This document shows, in pieces, positions 28,909-37,605 of a DNA stretch of 64,000 bases; the stretch's first letter is position 1, and each line of letters begins with the position of its first letter. This DNA comes from Acutalibacteraceae bacterium. GTDB taxonomy: Bacteria; Bacillota; Clostridia; Oscillospirales; Acutalibacteraceae. The position numbers and the translations under genes are program-made. Location of the stretch: NCBI GenBank assembly GCA_045539375.1, contig JAZQFG010000050.1, positions 68,589-132,588 of the forward strand, read 5' to 3'. The notes beneath the pieces are model-generated. The model ran no database searches. It had not been told where the DNA came from and saw only the letters and a program-made list of their open reading frames with translations.

Positions 28909-30075
28909 TTATGTATAACTGTATTCCACCTTGATGACTGCGTAGAGCTTGGGGTCGGCGGCGTGCACCGCCTCCCGCATACGGGCGGCGATGGCCTCAG
29001 GGTTTTTCTCCTGATGGGGCATTACCAGGTCGAACAGCAGGTTGGTGTGGGTCTCGCCCGCCACCACCCGAAAATCGTGGAGGGTCAGCCGCTCGTCCAC
29101 GGCGTTCATCAGGCCGATGGTCATTTCCTTCAGCCGCAGGGTCTCGGGATTATCGGTATCCACGGGATCCATATGGATGCAGGAGAGGATGTTGTATTTC
29201 TCCATCAGTTCCATCTCGATGTTATCAATCACGTCGTGGCTCTTGCTGATGGGCTGATCCTCCGGCACCTCGGCGTGGAGGGATACGATGGTGCGGCCGG
29301 GGCCGTAATCGTGGACGATCAGGTCGTGGATACCCACCACCCCGTCATAGGCCATTACCGTGCGCTGAATATCCGCCACCAGCTCCGGATCGGGAGCCTG
29401 CCCCAGCAGGGGGGAGACGGTATCCCGAATCACCGTAAAGCCGGACCAGACCACGAACAGCGCCACCGCCATACCCACGTAGCCGTCCAGGGAGAGGTGG
29501 GTGAAATACCCCACCACCGAGGAGAGCAGCACCACGGCGGTGCAGATGACGTCGTTGCGGCTGTCGGTGCCGGCGGCTGCCAGAGCGTCCGAGTGGATCT
29601 TCCGTCCGATGCGTCCGTTGAACAGCGCCATCCACAGCTTCACACCGATGGATACCGCCAGAATGATCACCGAGATCAGGCTGAAGGATGCCTCGGCGGG
29701 GTGCAGGATCTTCTCAAAGGCGGAGGTGGCCAGCTCCACGCCCGCCAGAATGATCAGCACCGCCACGCCCATGGCGGATAGGTATTCCATCCGTCCGTGG
29801 CCGAAGGGGTGATCCTTATCGGGGGGCGCCCCCGCCAGCTTAAACCCGATGAGGGTCACCACGGAGGAGCCGGCATCGGAGAGATTGTTAAAGGCGTCGG
29901 CGATCATAGCCAGACTGCCGGCGAGCACACCCGCCAACAGCTTCAGGGCGCACAGCAGCGCGTTGCACACGATGCCGGTGATGCCCGCCAGCCGCCCGTA
30001 GGCCAGCCGCACCTGAGGATCCTTATCGTTGTCGCCGTCCTTGATAAACCAGCGACACAGAGCACGGGTCAGCAC
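28909..30075 (-). CDS. Cation diffusion facilitator (CDF) family metal efflux transporter
   Basis: 388 aa, 6 TM, with ADAFNNLSD and HPFGHGR motifs and a C-terminal cytoplasmic domain. Confidence 0.85.
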   Translation of the reverse strand: MLTRALCRWFIKDGDNDKDPQVRLAYGRLAGITGIVCNALLCALKLLAGVLAGSLAMIADAFNNLSDAGSSVVTLIGFKLAGAPPDKDHPFGHGRMEYLSAMGVAVLIILAGVELATSAFEKILHPAEASFSLISVIILAVSIGVKLWMALFNGRIGRKIHSDALAAAGTDSRNDVICTAVVLLSSVVGYFTHLSLDGYVGMAVALFVVWSGFTVIRDTVSPLLGQAPDPELVADIQRTVMAYDGVVGIHDLIVHDYGPGRTIVSLHAEVPEDQPISKSHDVIDNIEMELMEKYNILSCIHMDPVDTDNPETLRLKEMTIGLMNAVDERLTLHDFRVVAGETHTNLLFDLVMPHQEKNPEAIAARMREAVHAADPKLYAVIKVEYSYT

Positions 30076-30081
30076 AAACTA

Positions 30082-31413
30082 TCACAGCTTTCTGTTGTAA
30101 ATTGCGTGGAGGTACTCCGCCACGCCGTCGGCGGTGTTGGCGCCGATAACGCGGTCTGCCACCGCCTTTGCCTCCGGAGAGCCGTTCTCCACACACAGGG
30201 CCAGATCCGCCTCGCGGAAGAGGGGGATATCGTTGCGGTTATCGCCAAAGGCCACCATACGGTCGGCACCCACCCGCTGGCACAGACGGCGGGCAGCATA
30301 GCCCTTGTCGGCGTCGTCGCGGCAGATCTCCAAGAACCAGTTGTCCTCGTGATAGGTGTCGGCATACAGCACCACACGGATGCCGGGGATGGCTTCCAGC
30401 TTGGCGGCCAGCGCCGCCTGCTGGGCGTGGGGGCCCTGACAGCTGAAGAAGATGGCAGGGGTGTTTTTGAGATAGGGGACCCGATGGTAGAAATGGTCAA
30501 AGGTGTGTCCCTCCGGGTCGGTGCGGTGGATGAATTTCTCCTCCTCCGGGGTCAACTCGGTGTAGAAGATGTGCACCTCGTTGCCCCGCCGCCGATACAG
30601 CTGGGGATGCCGCCCCTCGGCGCGGAATACCTGCAGCACCGCCGATACGGTGGCGGAATGGATATCACAGCTGTGGAGGATGCGGCGACGATACAGGTCG
30701 TAGGTCAGCACGCCTCCCAGCATGATCACCGGCACACGGAAACGGATGCGATCCAGATGCACCAGCTGTACGCCGATGGTACCACGGGCGGTGGCGGCGG
30801 AGATCATCATACCGCGACTGATCAGGCGATTGACCGTCTCCACCGTATGGTCGGACAGGGTCTGATCGTTTTGCAGCAGGGTGCCGTCCAGATCGGTGAT
30901 GTATAGGGTACGGCGCCCCCGCTCAATGGCGCGGAACACAAACTGGAAATAGGCGGTACCGTAATGGTGGAAGGAGCGATCCTCCAGCATACCGATCAGT
31001 TCCTCGGTGGTTACCCATTTGGCTTGGGCGACCTCCTCTCTTTGCAGACGCAGGGAGGATACGTCGATGTCCCGATAGAGGATCCACAGATCGGTAAAGG
31101 AGTTGCGGCGGCGCATCCGTCCGCCGTACACCAGCTCGCCGGGGGCGGTGCGGATGCTCAGCTCCTCAAATAATTCGCGGCGGGCGGCGCTTTCGCTGTC
31201 CTCGCCGGCCTGGGCGCTGCCGCTGTTGGCTGCCCACACCCCCGGCATCAGCCGCAGGTCGGGGTTGCGCTGCTGGATCAGCAGCCGTCCCTTGGAATCC
31301 ACGATCCAGATATGCTCCACCAGGTGGTACATACCGGCCCGTAGGGGCTCGCCCCGTACAATGGTTTTACCGGTCGGATTGCCGTCGGCATCCAACAGAT
31401 CCCATTTCTCCAT
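30082..31413 (-). CDS. Fusion protein: N-terminal Nudix hydrolase plus C-terminal Cof-type HAD-IIB phosphatase
   Basis: Nudix box GSAQAGEDSESAARRELFEELSI. HAD motif I LYITDLDGTLL and a C-terminal GDNRNDIP. The ATG at 31413 lies 6-7 nt after AAAGGAGGTG. Confidence 0.75.
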   Translation of the reverse strand: MEKWDLLDADGNPTGKTIVRGEPLRAGMYHLVEHIWIVDSKGRLLIQQRNPDLRLMPGVWAANSGSAQAGEDSESAARRELFEELSIRTAPGELVYGGRMRRRNSFTDLWILYRDIDVSSLRLQREEVAQAKWVTTEELIGMLEDRSFHHYGTAYFQFVFRAIERGRRTLYITDLDGTLLQNDQTLSDHTVETVNRLISRGMMISAATARGTIGVQLVHLDRIRFRVPVIMLGGVLTYDLYRRRILHSCDIHSATVSAVLQVFRAEGRHPQLYRRRGNEVHIFYTELTPEEEKFIHRTDPEGHTFDHFYHRVPYLKNTPAIFFSCQGPHAQQAALAAKLEAIPGIRVVLYADTYHEDNWFLEICRDDADKGYAARRLCQRVGADRMVAFGDNRNDIPLFREADLALCVENGSPEAKAVADRVIGANTADGVAEYLHAIYNRKL

Positions 31414-31522
31414 AGGGCGCACCTCCTTTCATTATACAAAGTCAAAGATAGATTTATTCTACTCCAACTCAGGGCAAAAGTCCAGTAATTTATCAAAAAA
31501 GCAACGTTTTATACAAAAAAGG

Positions 31523-31540
31523 CCGTTGGCATTGCCAACG
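31523..31540 (-). terminator. Terminator hairpin downstream of the 635-aa lipoprotein gene
   Basis: CGTTGGC-AAT-GCCAACG on the minus strand, followed by a T-run (A-run 31515-31520 on plus). Confidence 0.6.
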
Positions 31541-31564
31541 TCCCTTGGGGGTCATACGGATCGA

Positions 31565-33472
31565 TTAGTTGAAGTTCAGATCGTTGTATACCTTGGTGCC
31601 GTCGGCCTTGACCACCGCCAGCACACAGCCGGTATAATAGTTCTTGCTGTTCCAGTTGCAGGCGGCGATCTCTACGGTGACCTCCTGACCGGCATAGGCC
31701 TTCAGCCAGTTGTACTGGTTTGCAGAGGAGCAATACAGGCGCACGGTGGTCTTACCGTCGGTGAGACTGATGTTGGAGTAATAGGTGCTCTCCTCCACCT
31801 TGACGGTGGCCTTCATCGTATAGACGCAGGTGGTGTAGTCGGTGGTGATGGGCAGTGCATAGAAGTCCGCCACAGAGATGTTGCCCTTGAAAGCGTCGGT
31901 GGGATAGGGGTTATTGCCGTACTGATTCACCTTGACGGTGGCATCCTTCAGGCAGGTCTGGCCATAGTCTTTATCCTTGGTGTTCAGACCACGGGTGGCC
32001 TCCAGCACCACGTCGTGACCGATCTCGATGGTATCCATCACGGTGGCAGAGGTCTCCACGGCGATGACGCCGCTCTTATCGATGAGATAGAAGCCGGTCT
32101 TGTTCACCAGAGAAGGACCTACGATACCCCGGACGGTCACCTTGTCGCCCACCTTGGCGGCGATGGCCTCTTTCACGGTGGGATAGTTTTGCTCGGTCTT
32201 GTTGACGGTAACGTTGATGGTCACCTTGCCGGAGTAGGTCTTGCCGCCGTAGGTGCCGGTGACGGTGATGGTCACCTTGCCGGTGGACAGGCAGTGCAGC
32301 ACGTTGCCGCTGACGGTGGCTACCTTGGTATCGCTGCTGGCATAGGTCAGCTTGGCACCGCTGAACTTCAGCAGGTCGTTGTCCACCGAGGAGGTCAGCT
32401 GCAGGGCGGGGTCGCCGGTATAGGCGGTCAGGAACTGGGGCAGGCCGTAGTATTTCACGGCGAATTCCGCCACGTTCACCGACTTGGGATCGAAGCCCTC
32501 GTTCTTGACGTCGATGGGCAGGAAGCGCCAGACACAGCCGGCGGAGGAGGACTTGGCGTTCAGGGCGGTCAGATACACGGTGCAGATCTGGCCGTCAAAC
32601 TTATCTAACCAGGAGAAGTCGGAGCCGTTGCACTGGGTGTAGACGTAGGAGCCGGTCTGACCGTCCAGATCGTTGATGTAGTAGTTGGTAAAGCCCTTGC
32701 CGGGGGCCTTTTTGACCAGAGCGGTCACCTTATAGACCTTGGAGGTGATGTCCTGGCTGACGGGGGTGTCCATGATCTCCTTCACGGTGGCGGAGGGGAT
32801 TCCCTTCTTGCTGAAATCGGAGACCTTGCCGTCGTTGGAAACGAGGGTGGCCTTTTCGATCTGGTTACAGCCTTTATAGCTGAACTTAGCGGCGTTGGAC
32901 TGCTCGGTATCCAGCACCCAATAGGCCTTAGAGCCCTTGATGGTGATGGTGTTGCCCACCTTCACGGCGGCGGCAACGGTGCTGTCGTAAACGTAGATGG
33001 AGCCGGTACCGTCCACCAGCATCAGACCGGCGGGCTTCATACCGAAGGAATAGGTGATGCGGGCCACCACACCGGATACGTGCAGCTTGGTGCCGGTCTG
33101 GGCGGCGCGGGCGCCGGCGATATCGGTGTGCACAAAGCCGTCGGGCTTGACCGTGGTGGTGGGCTTGCTGCCGCCACCACCTGTGGTGGTGCTGTTGCCG
33201 GAGCCACCGTTGTTGGTGCCGCCGTTATTGCCGCCGTTGTCGGTATTGTCGGCATCGGAGCTGTCGGGGATGCCGGCGGCATCGTCCGACGTATCGGGCA
33301 CGGTGCTATCCTCCGCATCGGTGCCATCCGGCACGGTATCGTCGGAGCTGTCGGGGATGATGGCGCCACTGTTGTTGGCAGAGGTATCGGGGTCTTTATC
33401 CGCGTTACCGCAGCCTGCAACGGCGGTCAGCATCAGGAGCAGACAGAGCAGTAGGGCAAGAAATCTTTTCAT
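31565..33472 (-). CDS. Surface lipoprotein with low-complexity linker, OB-fold-like modules and a Big_2 Ig-like domain
   Basis: MKRFLALLLCLLLMLTAVAGC lipobox. D/S/T/G/N-rich linker. LTYASSDTKVATVSGNVLHCLSTGKVTITVTG is Big_2-like. Repeated V.V.G.V......G..L.D.SG.I.V segments are OB-like. Confidence 0.65.
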   Translation of the reverse strand: MKRFLALLLCLLLMLTAVAGCGNADKDPDTSANNSGAIIPDSSDDTVPDGTDAEDSTVPDTSDDAAGIPDSSDADNTDNGGNNGGTNNGGSGNSTTTGGGGSKPTTTVKPDGFVHTDIAGARAAQTGTKLHVSGVVARITYSFGMKPAGLMLVDGTGSIYVYDSTVAAAVKVGNTITIKGSKAYWVLDTEQSNAAKFSYKGCNQIEKATLVSNDGKVSDFSKKGIPSATVKEIMDTPVSQDITSKVYKVTALVKKAPGKGFTNYYINDLDGQTGSYVYTQCNGSDFSWLDKFDGQICTVYLTALNAKSSSAGCVWRFLPIDVKNEGFDPKSVNVAEFAVKYYGLPQFLTAYTGDPALQLTSSVDNDLLKFSGAKLTYASSDTKVATVSGNVLHCLSTGKVTITVTGTYGGKTYSGKVTINVTVNKTEQNYPTVKEAIAAKVGDKVTVRGIVGPSLVNKTGFYLIDKSGVIAVETSATVMDTIEIGHDVVLEATRGLNTKDKDYGQTCLKDATVKVNQYGNNPYPTDAFKGNISVADFYALPITTDYTTCVYTMKATVKVEESTYYSNISLTDGKTTVRLYCSSANQYNWLKAYAGQEVTVEIAACNWNSKNYYTGCVLAVVKADGTKVYNDLNFN

Positions 33473-33596
33473 CGTTTACGACCTTCCTTCCTTTTTCAAA
33501 CAGGCTTTTACGGGAGCCATTGGGACGATTATAACACGGACGATGAGGGAACGCAACATCCTTGGTAAATATGTGCAAAATCGGAACTGTAAGCGC

Positions 33597-34268
33597 TTAC
33601 AACTCCACCGAAACGGGTTGCCGATGGGCTAAGGAATCGGGGGTGACGGTGCAGTCCACCGCCCACACCTCCACGCCGGTGGCGGCGGCCTGCCGTAGAG
33701 CATCGCCAAAGGCGGGATGGGTCTCATCGTTGGGGCGGATGGCGGTGATCCCCTCCATCTGGATGACGAAGAGAACGGCGGCACGATACCCCTGCCGGAC
33801 CGCTCGGGTCAGGTGCTGCAGATGCTTGACCCCGCGCAAAGTCGGGGCGTCGGGGAAATAGCCCACGTTTTCCCGTTCCAGCGTACAGCCCTTCACCTCG
33901 ATCCACCAATCCGTCACCCCGTCGGTGATGTGAAAATCAAAGCGGGATTCACCGTAGGTAACCTCCCGTCGGATGGTAGCGTGGGGAAACCGCTCCGCCA
34001 GATAGGCGGCGGCCACCACGTTGGGGGCTTGGCTGTCTATATTGATCAGGCGCTCTCCTTTGTATACGGCGATGACGTCGTAGGGGGTCTTGCGGGCGGG
34101 GTTTTCCGCCGCCGCCAGCACCACGGTGCAGCCGGGGATCAGCAGCTCCTTACAGCGGCCGGTGTTTTTCACGTGGCAGACGGTGTCGATGCCGTCGATC
34201 TCCACAATGGCGATAAAGCGGTTGGGACGGGACCGAAAAATACCGGTCCGCACAGAGGAATAGGTCAT
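33597..34268 (-). CDS. sfsA: Sugar fermentation stimulation protein SfsA
   Basis: GIFRSRPNRFIAIVEIDG...CHVKNTGRCKELL is the SfsA signature. The start is taken at MTYSS (34268). Confidence 0.85.
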   Translation of the reverse strand: MTYSSVRTGIFRSRPNRFIAIVEIDGIDTVCHVKNTGRCKELLIPGCTVVLAAAENPARKTPYDVIAVYKGERLINIDSQAPNVVAAAYLAERFPHATIRREVTYGESRFDFHITDGVTDWWIEVKGCTLERENVGYFPDAPTLRGVKHLQHLTRAVRQGYRAAVLFVIQMEGITAIRPNDETHPAFGDALRQAAATGVEVWAVDCTVTPDSLAHRQPVSVEL

Positions 34269-34495
34269 AGAGCAGTCACCTCGCAATGGATATCCCCATT
34301 GTAGCAGAGAGCAGGGCGGGGTGCAAGCAAAACAAAGTATCACAATTTGACTATGTTATATTAATTTTCACAGACTTCACCGGAATCGGGGGGGACGCAT
34401 ATTGCGTTTCTTTTATATATAGTGATATAATGCAAACTGGAAAAATCGGATCGTAGTATCTGTGCGAAGCCATGGTAACCCGAGGAGGAGATTCT

Positions 34496-37400
34496 ATGCA
34501 TTATCAAAGCTTTAATGATCGTATGCTGAAAAAGCTGAATAACCTGACCTGGCAGTATGCCGGTTACGTATATCACGCAGAGGCGGTCTTCAGTGAGGTG
34601 CAGGGCTATGAGACCAAAGTGCACCATCGTCAGGCCCCCGATGCGGAGTATCAGACTATTAAGGACGGTTACGTCTGGGGTGGCGAGTTTGGTAACCTGT
34701 GGGTCAAGTTTGATTATACCGTGCCGGAGCATCTGGCCGGAAAGGAACTGTACGTTTTGCAGAATACCGAACTGCGGGAGGGTCTGCTGTTTGTGAATGG
34801 CAAGCCCTGCGGCATGTACGGCACCATTGTGAAGGACTATGACGGTCTGCAGCACAACATCCGCCTGACCCCCGGTGCGGCGGCGGGAACGCAGTTCCAT
34901 ATTGATCTGGAGTGCTACGCGTGGCACGATGAGCGGGAGGTACATCCCTACGCCCGCGAGGAGAACCTGCCGGACGAGCATTATCGCCACACCTTCCACA
35001 ACGTATACATCGCCACCCTGAATCGGGAGATCAAGGATTTTATCCGCGACCTGCGCATTTTGATGTCTATGGCGCAGATTGACCAGAATCCCTTCCTGAA
35101 GGCCCGTGCCATCACCCTGCTGGAGCGGGTGTTTGCCGAGGCGGTGCTGCACCCCACTATGGTGGATTACGAGGTGGTGATCGCCGGCGTGCGCCGTTGC
35201 AACGCGATTATGAGCGAGATCTTCACCGGCAACCCCTGCGGCGACACCTATGGCAAAGTAGGCATCGTGGGTCACTCCCATATGGACACCGCCTGGCTGT
35301 GGCCCATCGCCGAGACTATGCGTAAGTGCGCCCGCACCTTTGCTAACGCCATCGCTCTGATGGATCAGTATGCGGACTATAAGTTCATCCAGTCCTCGGT
35401 GCTGCACACCGCTTGGATGGAGGAAAAATATCCCGCCATCTTTGAAGATATCAAGAAATATCAGGCCGAGGGTCGCTTCGAGATCAACGGCGGCGCGTGG
35501 GTAGAGTGCGATTGCAACATCACCGGCGGCGAGTATATGGTGCGCCAGTTCCTGAAGGGACAGAAATACCTGCAGGAGAAGTTCGGCATCACCAACGATG
35601 CCTTCTGGCTGCCCGATACCTTCGGCTATAATGCCGCCATCCCCCAGATCATGCGGGGATGCGGTATGAAATATTTCTACACCACCAAGCTCAGCTGGAA
35701 CGAGCATAACAAATTCCCCTTTGAGACCTTCCGTTGGGTGGGTATCGATGGCAGCGAGGTTATCACCCACTTTAACATCACCCACTGCGAGCCCGCCCCC
35801 CATCTGCTGATGAATCACGTATCGGCTCTGCAGGATAAGACCGGCGATGAGAGCCGTTTGGTCGCCTTTGGCTACGGCGATGGCGGCGGCGGCCCCACCG
35901 ACGTGATGGTGGAGGAGGCCACCCGCGTGATGCAGCTGGGCGGCCTGCCTAAGGTGGAATACAAGACCATCAGCGCCTTTGGCCAGGAGATGGAGCAGAA
36001 CGTCGATAAGCTACCCGTCTATAACGGTGAACTGTATCTGGAACTGCACCGCGGCACCCTGACCCAGCGCCACCAGACCAAGCGCAACAACCGCCTGTGC
36101 GAGAACGCCCTGCGGAATATGGAGCTGATGGCGGTGATGACCGGCGCCGATTACAATGCCGCCGACTACGACAAGTGGGTCAAGGAGCTGCTGGAGAATC
36201 AGTTCCACGATATCCTGCCCGGCACCTGCATCCAGTGTGTCCACGACCGCTCCGAGAAGGTGGTTGGTGAGCTGATTGCCACCGTCAATGGCGAGACCCA
36301 GCGTCTGGCCGCCACCGTGGCCGAGGGCGATCATGCCCTCACTCTGGTCAACCCCCTGTCCTTCTACCGTGAGGACGTTATTACCATTGACGACAACGGC
36401 AAGTATATTGCCGATGCCAAGAATCAGCCCTACGAGGACCTGTTCGGCCGCAAGAAGATCGCCGTGTCCGGCGTGGCGCTGGATGCCTTTGAGGCCAAGA
36501 GCGTGGCGTTGACCGCCGATGCCGGCGATACCGCCTCCGCCTTTACTTATGACGGCAATCACTTGGAGACCCCCTATGCCTCGGTGGATTTTGATGAAAA
36601 CGGCTATATCGCCTCCTTCATCGACAAGCAGTCCGGTCGCCAGCTCCGCCGTGAGGGCGCCGCCCCTCTGGGCACCTTCTATATGGGCGAGGATATCCCC
36701 GAGTATTGGGATAACTGGGACGTGGAGTACGATCAAAAGTTCAAGATGGCGCCCCAGACCGCGCTGTTGGAGCGCACGGTGGTGTCCGACGGCTGTGTGG
36801 AATGGCGTGTGCGCTCTGCCTATAAGCTGGGCAACCACTCCCGTATGGATGTGGATACCATCTTCTACGCCGACAGCCCCCGCGTGGACTTCCACGCCAA
36901 GGTGGACTGGAAGGATAAGCACCAGCTCTTAAAGGTGAGTTTTGACGTGGACGTGCTGACCACCAAGGCGAAGCACGAGATCCAGTTCGGCCACATCGAC
37001 CGCGCCACCACCGAGAATGACTGCGTGGAGACTGCCCGCTTTGAGGTGTGCAACCTGAAGTGGACCGACGTGTCCGAGAGCCGCTTCGGTGTGGCTCTGC
37101 TGAACGATTGTAAATACGGCATCTCGGTCCGCGGCTCGGATATGCGCCTGAGCCTGCACCGCGGCGGTACCCACCCCGATCCCGCCGGTGATTTCGGTGT
37201 GCACGAGATGACCTACAGCCTGTTGCCCCACTGCGGCGATTTCTGCGTGCAGAACGTGGTGTGTCCCGCCTATGAGCTGAACGCCCCCGTCCTTGTCACT
37301 CCCGGCGCGTTAAAGGCACCTTTGGCCGCCCCCGTGCTGGTGGATGCCGATAACGTTATCGTCGAGGCGGTTAAGCCTGCGGAGGACATAGCGGATGCCT

Positions 37401-37588
37401 ACGTGATCCGTCTGTACGAGGCGGAGCGGGCCCGCACCCTGACCCAGTTGACTTTCCCCGCCGACGTTAAGCGGGTGCAGGAGTCCAATATGCTGGAGGA
37501 GGCGTTTGCCGACGTCACTCTGACCGACGGCGTGGCAGAGGTCACCTTTAAGCCTTTTGAGATCAAAACCTTCATCTGCTATCGTTAA
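34496..37588 (+). CDS. GH38 alpha-mannosidase
   Basis: About 1030 aa. VGHSHMDTAWLWP (GH38 metal/nucleophile region), DTFGY, YLELHRGT. The ATG at 34496 follows GAGGAGG. Confidence 0.9.
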   Translation: MHYQSFNDRMLKKLNNLTWQYAGYVYHAEAVFSEVQGYETKVHHRQAPDAEYQTIKDGYVWGGEFGNLWVKFDYTVPEHLAGKELYVLQNTELREGLLFVNGKPCGMYGTIVKDYDGLQHNIRLTPGAAAGTQFHIDLECYAWHDEREVHPYAREENLPDEHYRHTFHNVYIATLNREIKDFIRDLRILMSMAQIDQNPFLKARAITLLERVFAEAVLHPTMVDYEVVIAGVRRCNAIMSEIFTGNPCGDTYGKVGIVGHSHMDTAWLWPIAETMRKCARTFANAIALMDQYADYKFIQSSVLHTAWMEEKYPAIFEDIKKYQAEGRFEINGGAWVECDCNITGGEYMVRQFLKGQKYLQEKFGITNDAFWLPDTFGYNAAIPQIMRGCGMKYFYTTKLSWNEHNKFPFETFRWVGIDGSEVITHFNITHCEPAPHLLMNHVSALQDKTGDESRLVAFGYGDGGGGPTDVMVEEATRVMQLGGLPKVEYKTISAFGQEMEQNVDKLPVYNGELYLELHRGTLTQRHQTKRNNRLCENALRNMELMAVMTGADYNAADYDKWVKELLENQFHDILPGTCIQCVHDRSEKVVGELIATVNGETQRLAATVAEGDHALTLVNPLSFYREDVITIDDNGKYIADAKNQPYEDLFGRKKIAVSGVALDAFEAKSVALTADAGDTASAFTYDGNHLETPYASVDFDENGYIASFIDKQSGRQLRREGAAPLGTFYMGEDIPEYWDNWDVEYDQKFKMAPQTALLERTVVSDGCVEWRVRSAYKLGNHSRMDVDTIFYADSPRVDFHAKVDWKDKHQLLKVSFDVDVLTTKAKHEIQFGHIDRATTENDCVETARFEVCNLKWTDVSESRFGVALLNDCKYGISVRGSDMRLSLHRGGTHPDPAGDFGVHEMTYSLLPHCGDFCVQNVVCPAYELNAPVLVTPGALKAPLAAPVLVDADNVIVEAVKPAEDIADAYVIRLYEAERARTLTQLTFPADVKRVQESNMLEEAFADVTLTDGVAEVTFKPFEIKTFICYR

Positions 37589-37605
37589 GAAAGGCGGTAT
37601 TCCTA

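Noticed and set aside
31103-32608. 501-aa plus-strand ORF
   Set aside because: It spans the end of the Nudix-HAD gene, an intergenic terminator and the lipoprotein gene in antisense. It has no RBS and a glycine/valine-biased translation.
34361-35818. 485-aa minus-strand ORF
   Set aside because: Antisense to the GH38 mannosidase, which carries the GHSHMDTAWLWP motif.
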